From NCBI RefSeq assembly GCF_006345805.1, contig NC_043002.1:2790001-2854000 (forward strand): 64,000 nucleotides of DNA, written 5' to 3'. The translations under genes were made by a program, and so were the position numbers. The notes under the pieces were generated by a model. It was given only the letters and a program-made list of their open reading frames with translations, ran no database searches and was not told the origin of the DNA. Positions 63,650 through 64,000 of the stretch are shown here, piece by piece. Within the stretch, counting starts at the first letter, position 1. Each line of letters begins with the position of its first letter. The DNA comes from Octopus sinensis (Eukaryota).

Positions 63650-63870
63650 GTTTCACTTTTGACACGTAATACTGAAATAGTGGAGAAGATATGATATTGC
63701 TGTGGGCTCGCCCTAGGCAAGAAGTTAGAAATTTTTGCCCATGACATTATATGGACCCTAAGTAAGGCATGTGTAAAATTTGAATGAAATTGGTTGTGTA
63801 GTTCTCAAGTTTTAGGGATTCACACAGACAGACAGACGCACATACTCAGTTTTATATATATATAGAAGAT
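63650..63870 (+). mobile_element. 3' end of a second Helentron-associated element
   Basis: GTAAAATTTGAATGAAATTGG..TAGTTCTCAAGTT..ACAGACAGAC..TTTTATATATATAG. Confidence 0.55.
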
Positions 63871-63882
63871 ATATATATATAT

Positions 63883-63993
<111 letters not shown>

Positions 63994-64000
63994 TAGAAGA

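Overview
Repeat-saturated eukaryotic non-coding DNA, AT-rich and dense in microsatellites. The SINE families look like those of octopod cephalopods (inference from recall, not a database search). No host gene could be identified with confidence. Three retroelement groups dominate. (1) Positions 1-15.3 kb hold a nest of about 11 R4/Dong-clade non-LTR retrotransposon pieces from several lineages, most joined at (TAA)n tracts. It includes a head-to-tail triple array and one near-intact 3.9-kb copy with an uninterrupted 809-aa RT plus restriction-like-endonuclease ORF. (2) From about 20 kb onward, (TA)n-flanked Penelope-like element (PLE) pseudo-LTR remnants carry at least five families of minimal type-I hammerhead ribozyme motifs. 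The most notable is a five-copy family whose core has the compensatory C3-G8 to G3-C8 swap (GUGAACA), a palindromic stem III and a recurring inverted architecture. (3) tRNA-derived SINEs are scattered throughout. Also present: hAT-, MULE- and TA-flanked MITEs, Helentron-associated elements, a CR1-group LINE 3' fragment, a 31-bp minisatellite and a 100-N assembly gap. Almost all entries in the ORF track are translations of microsatellites.
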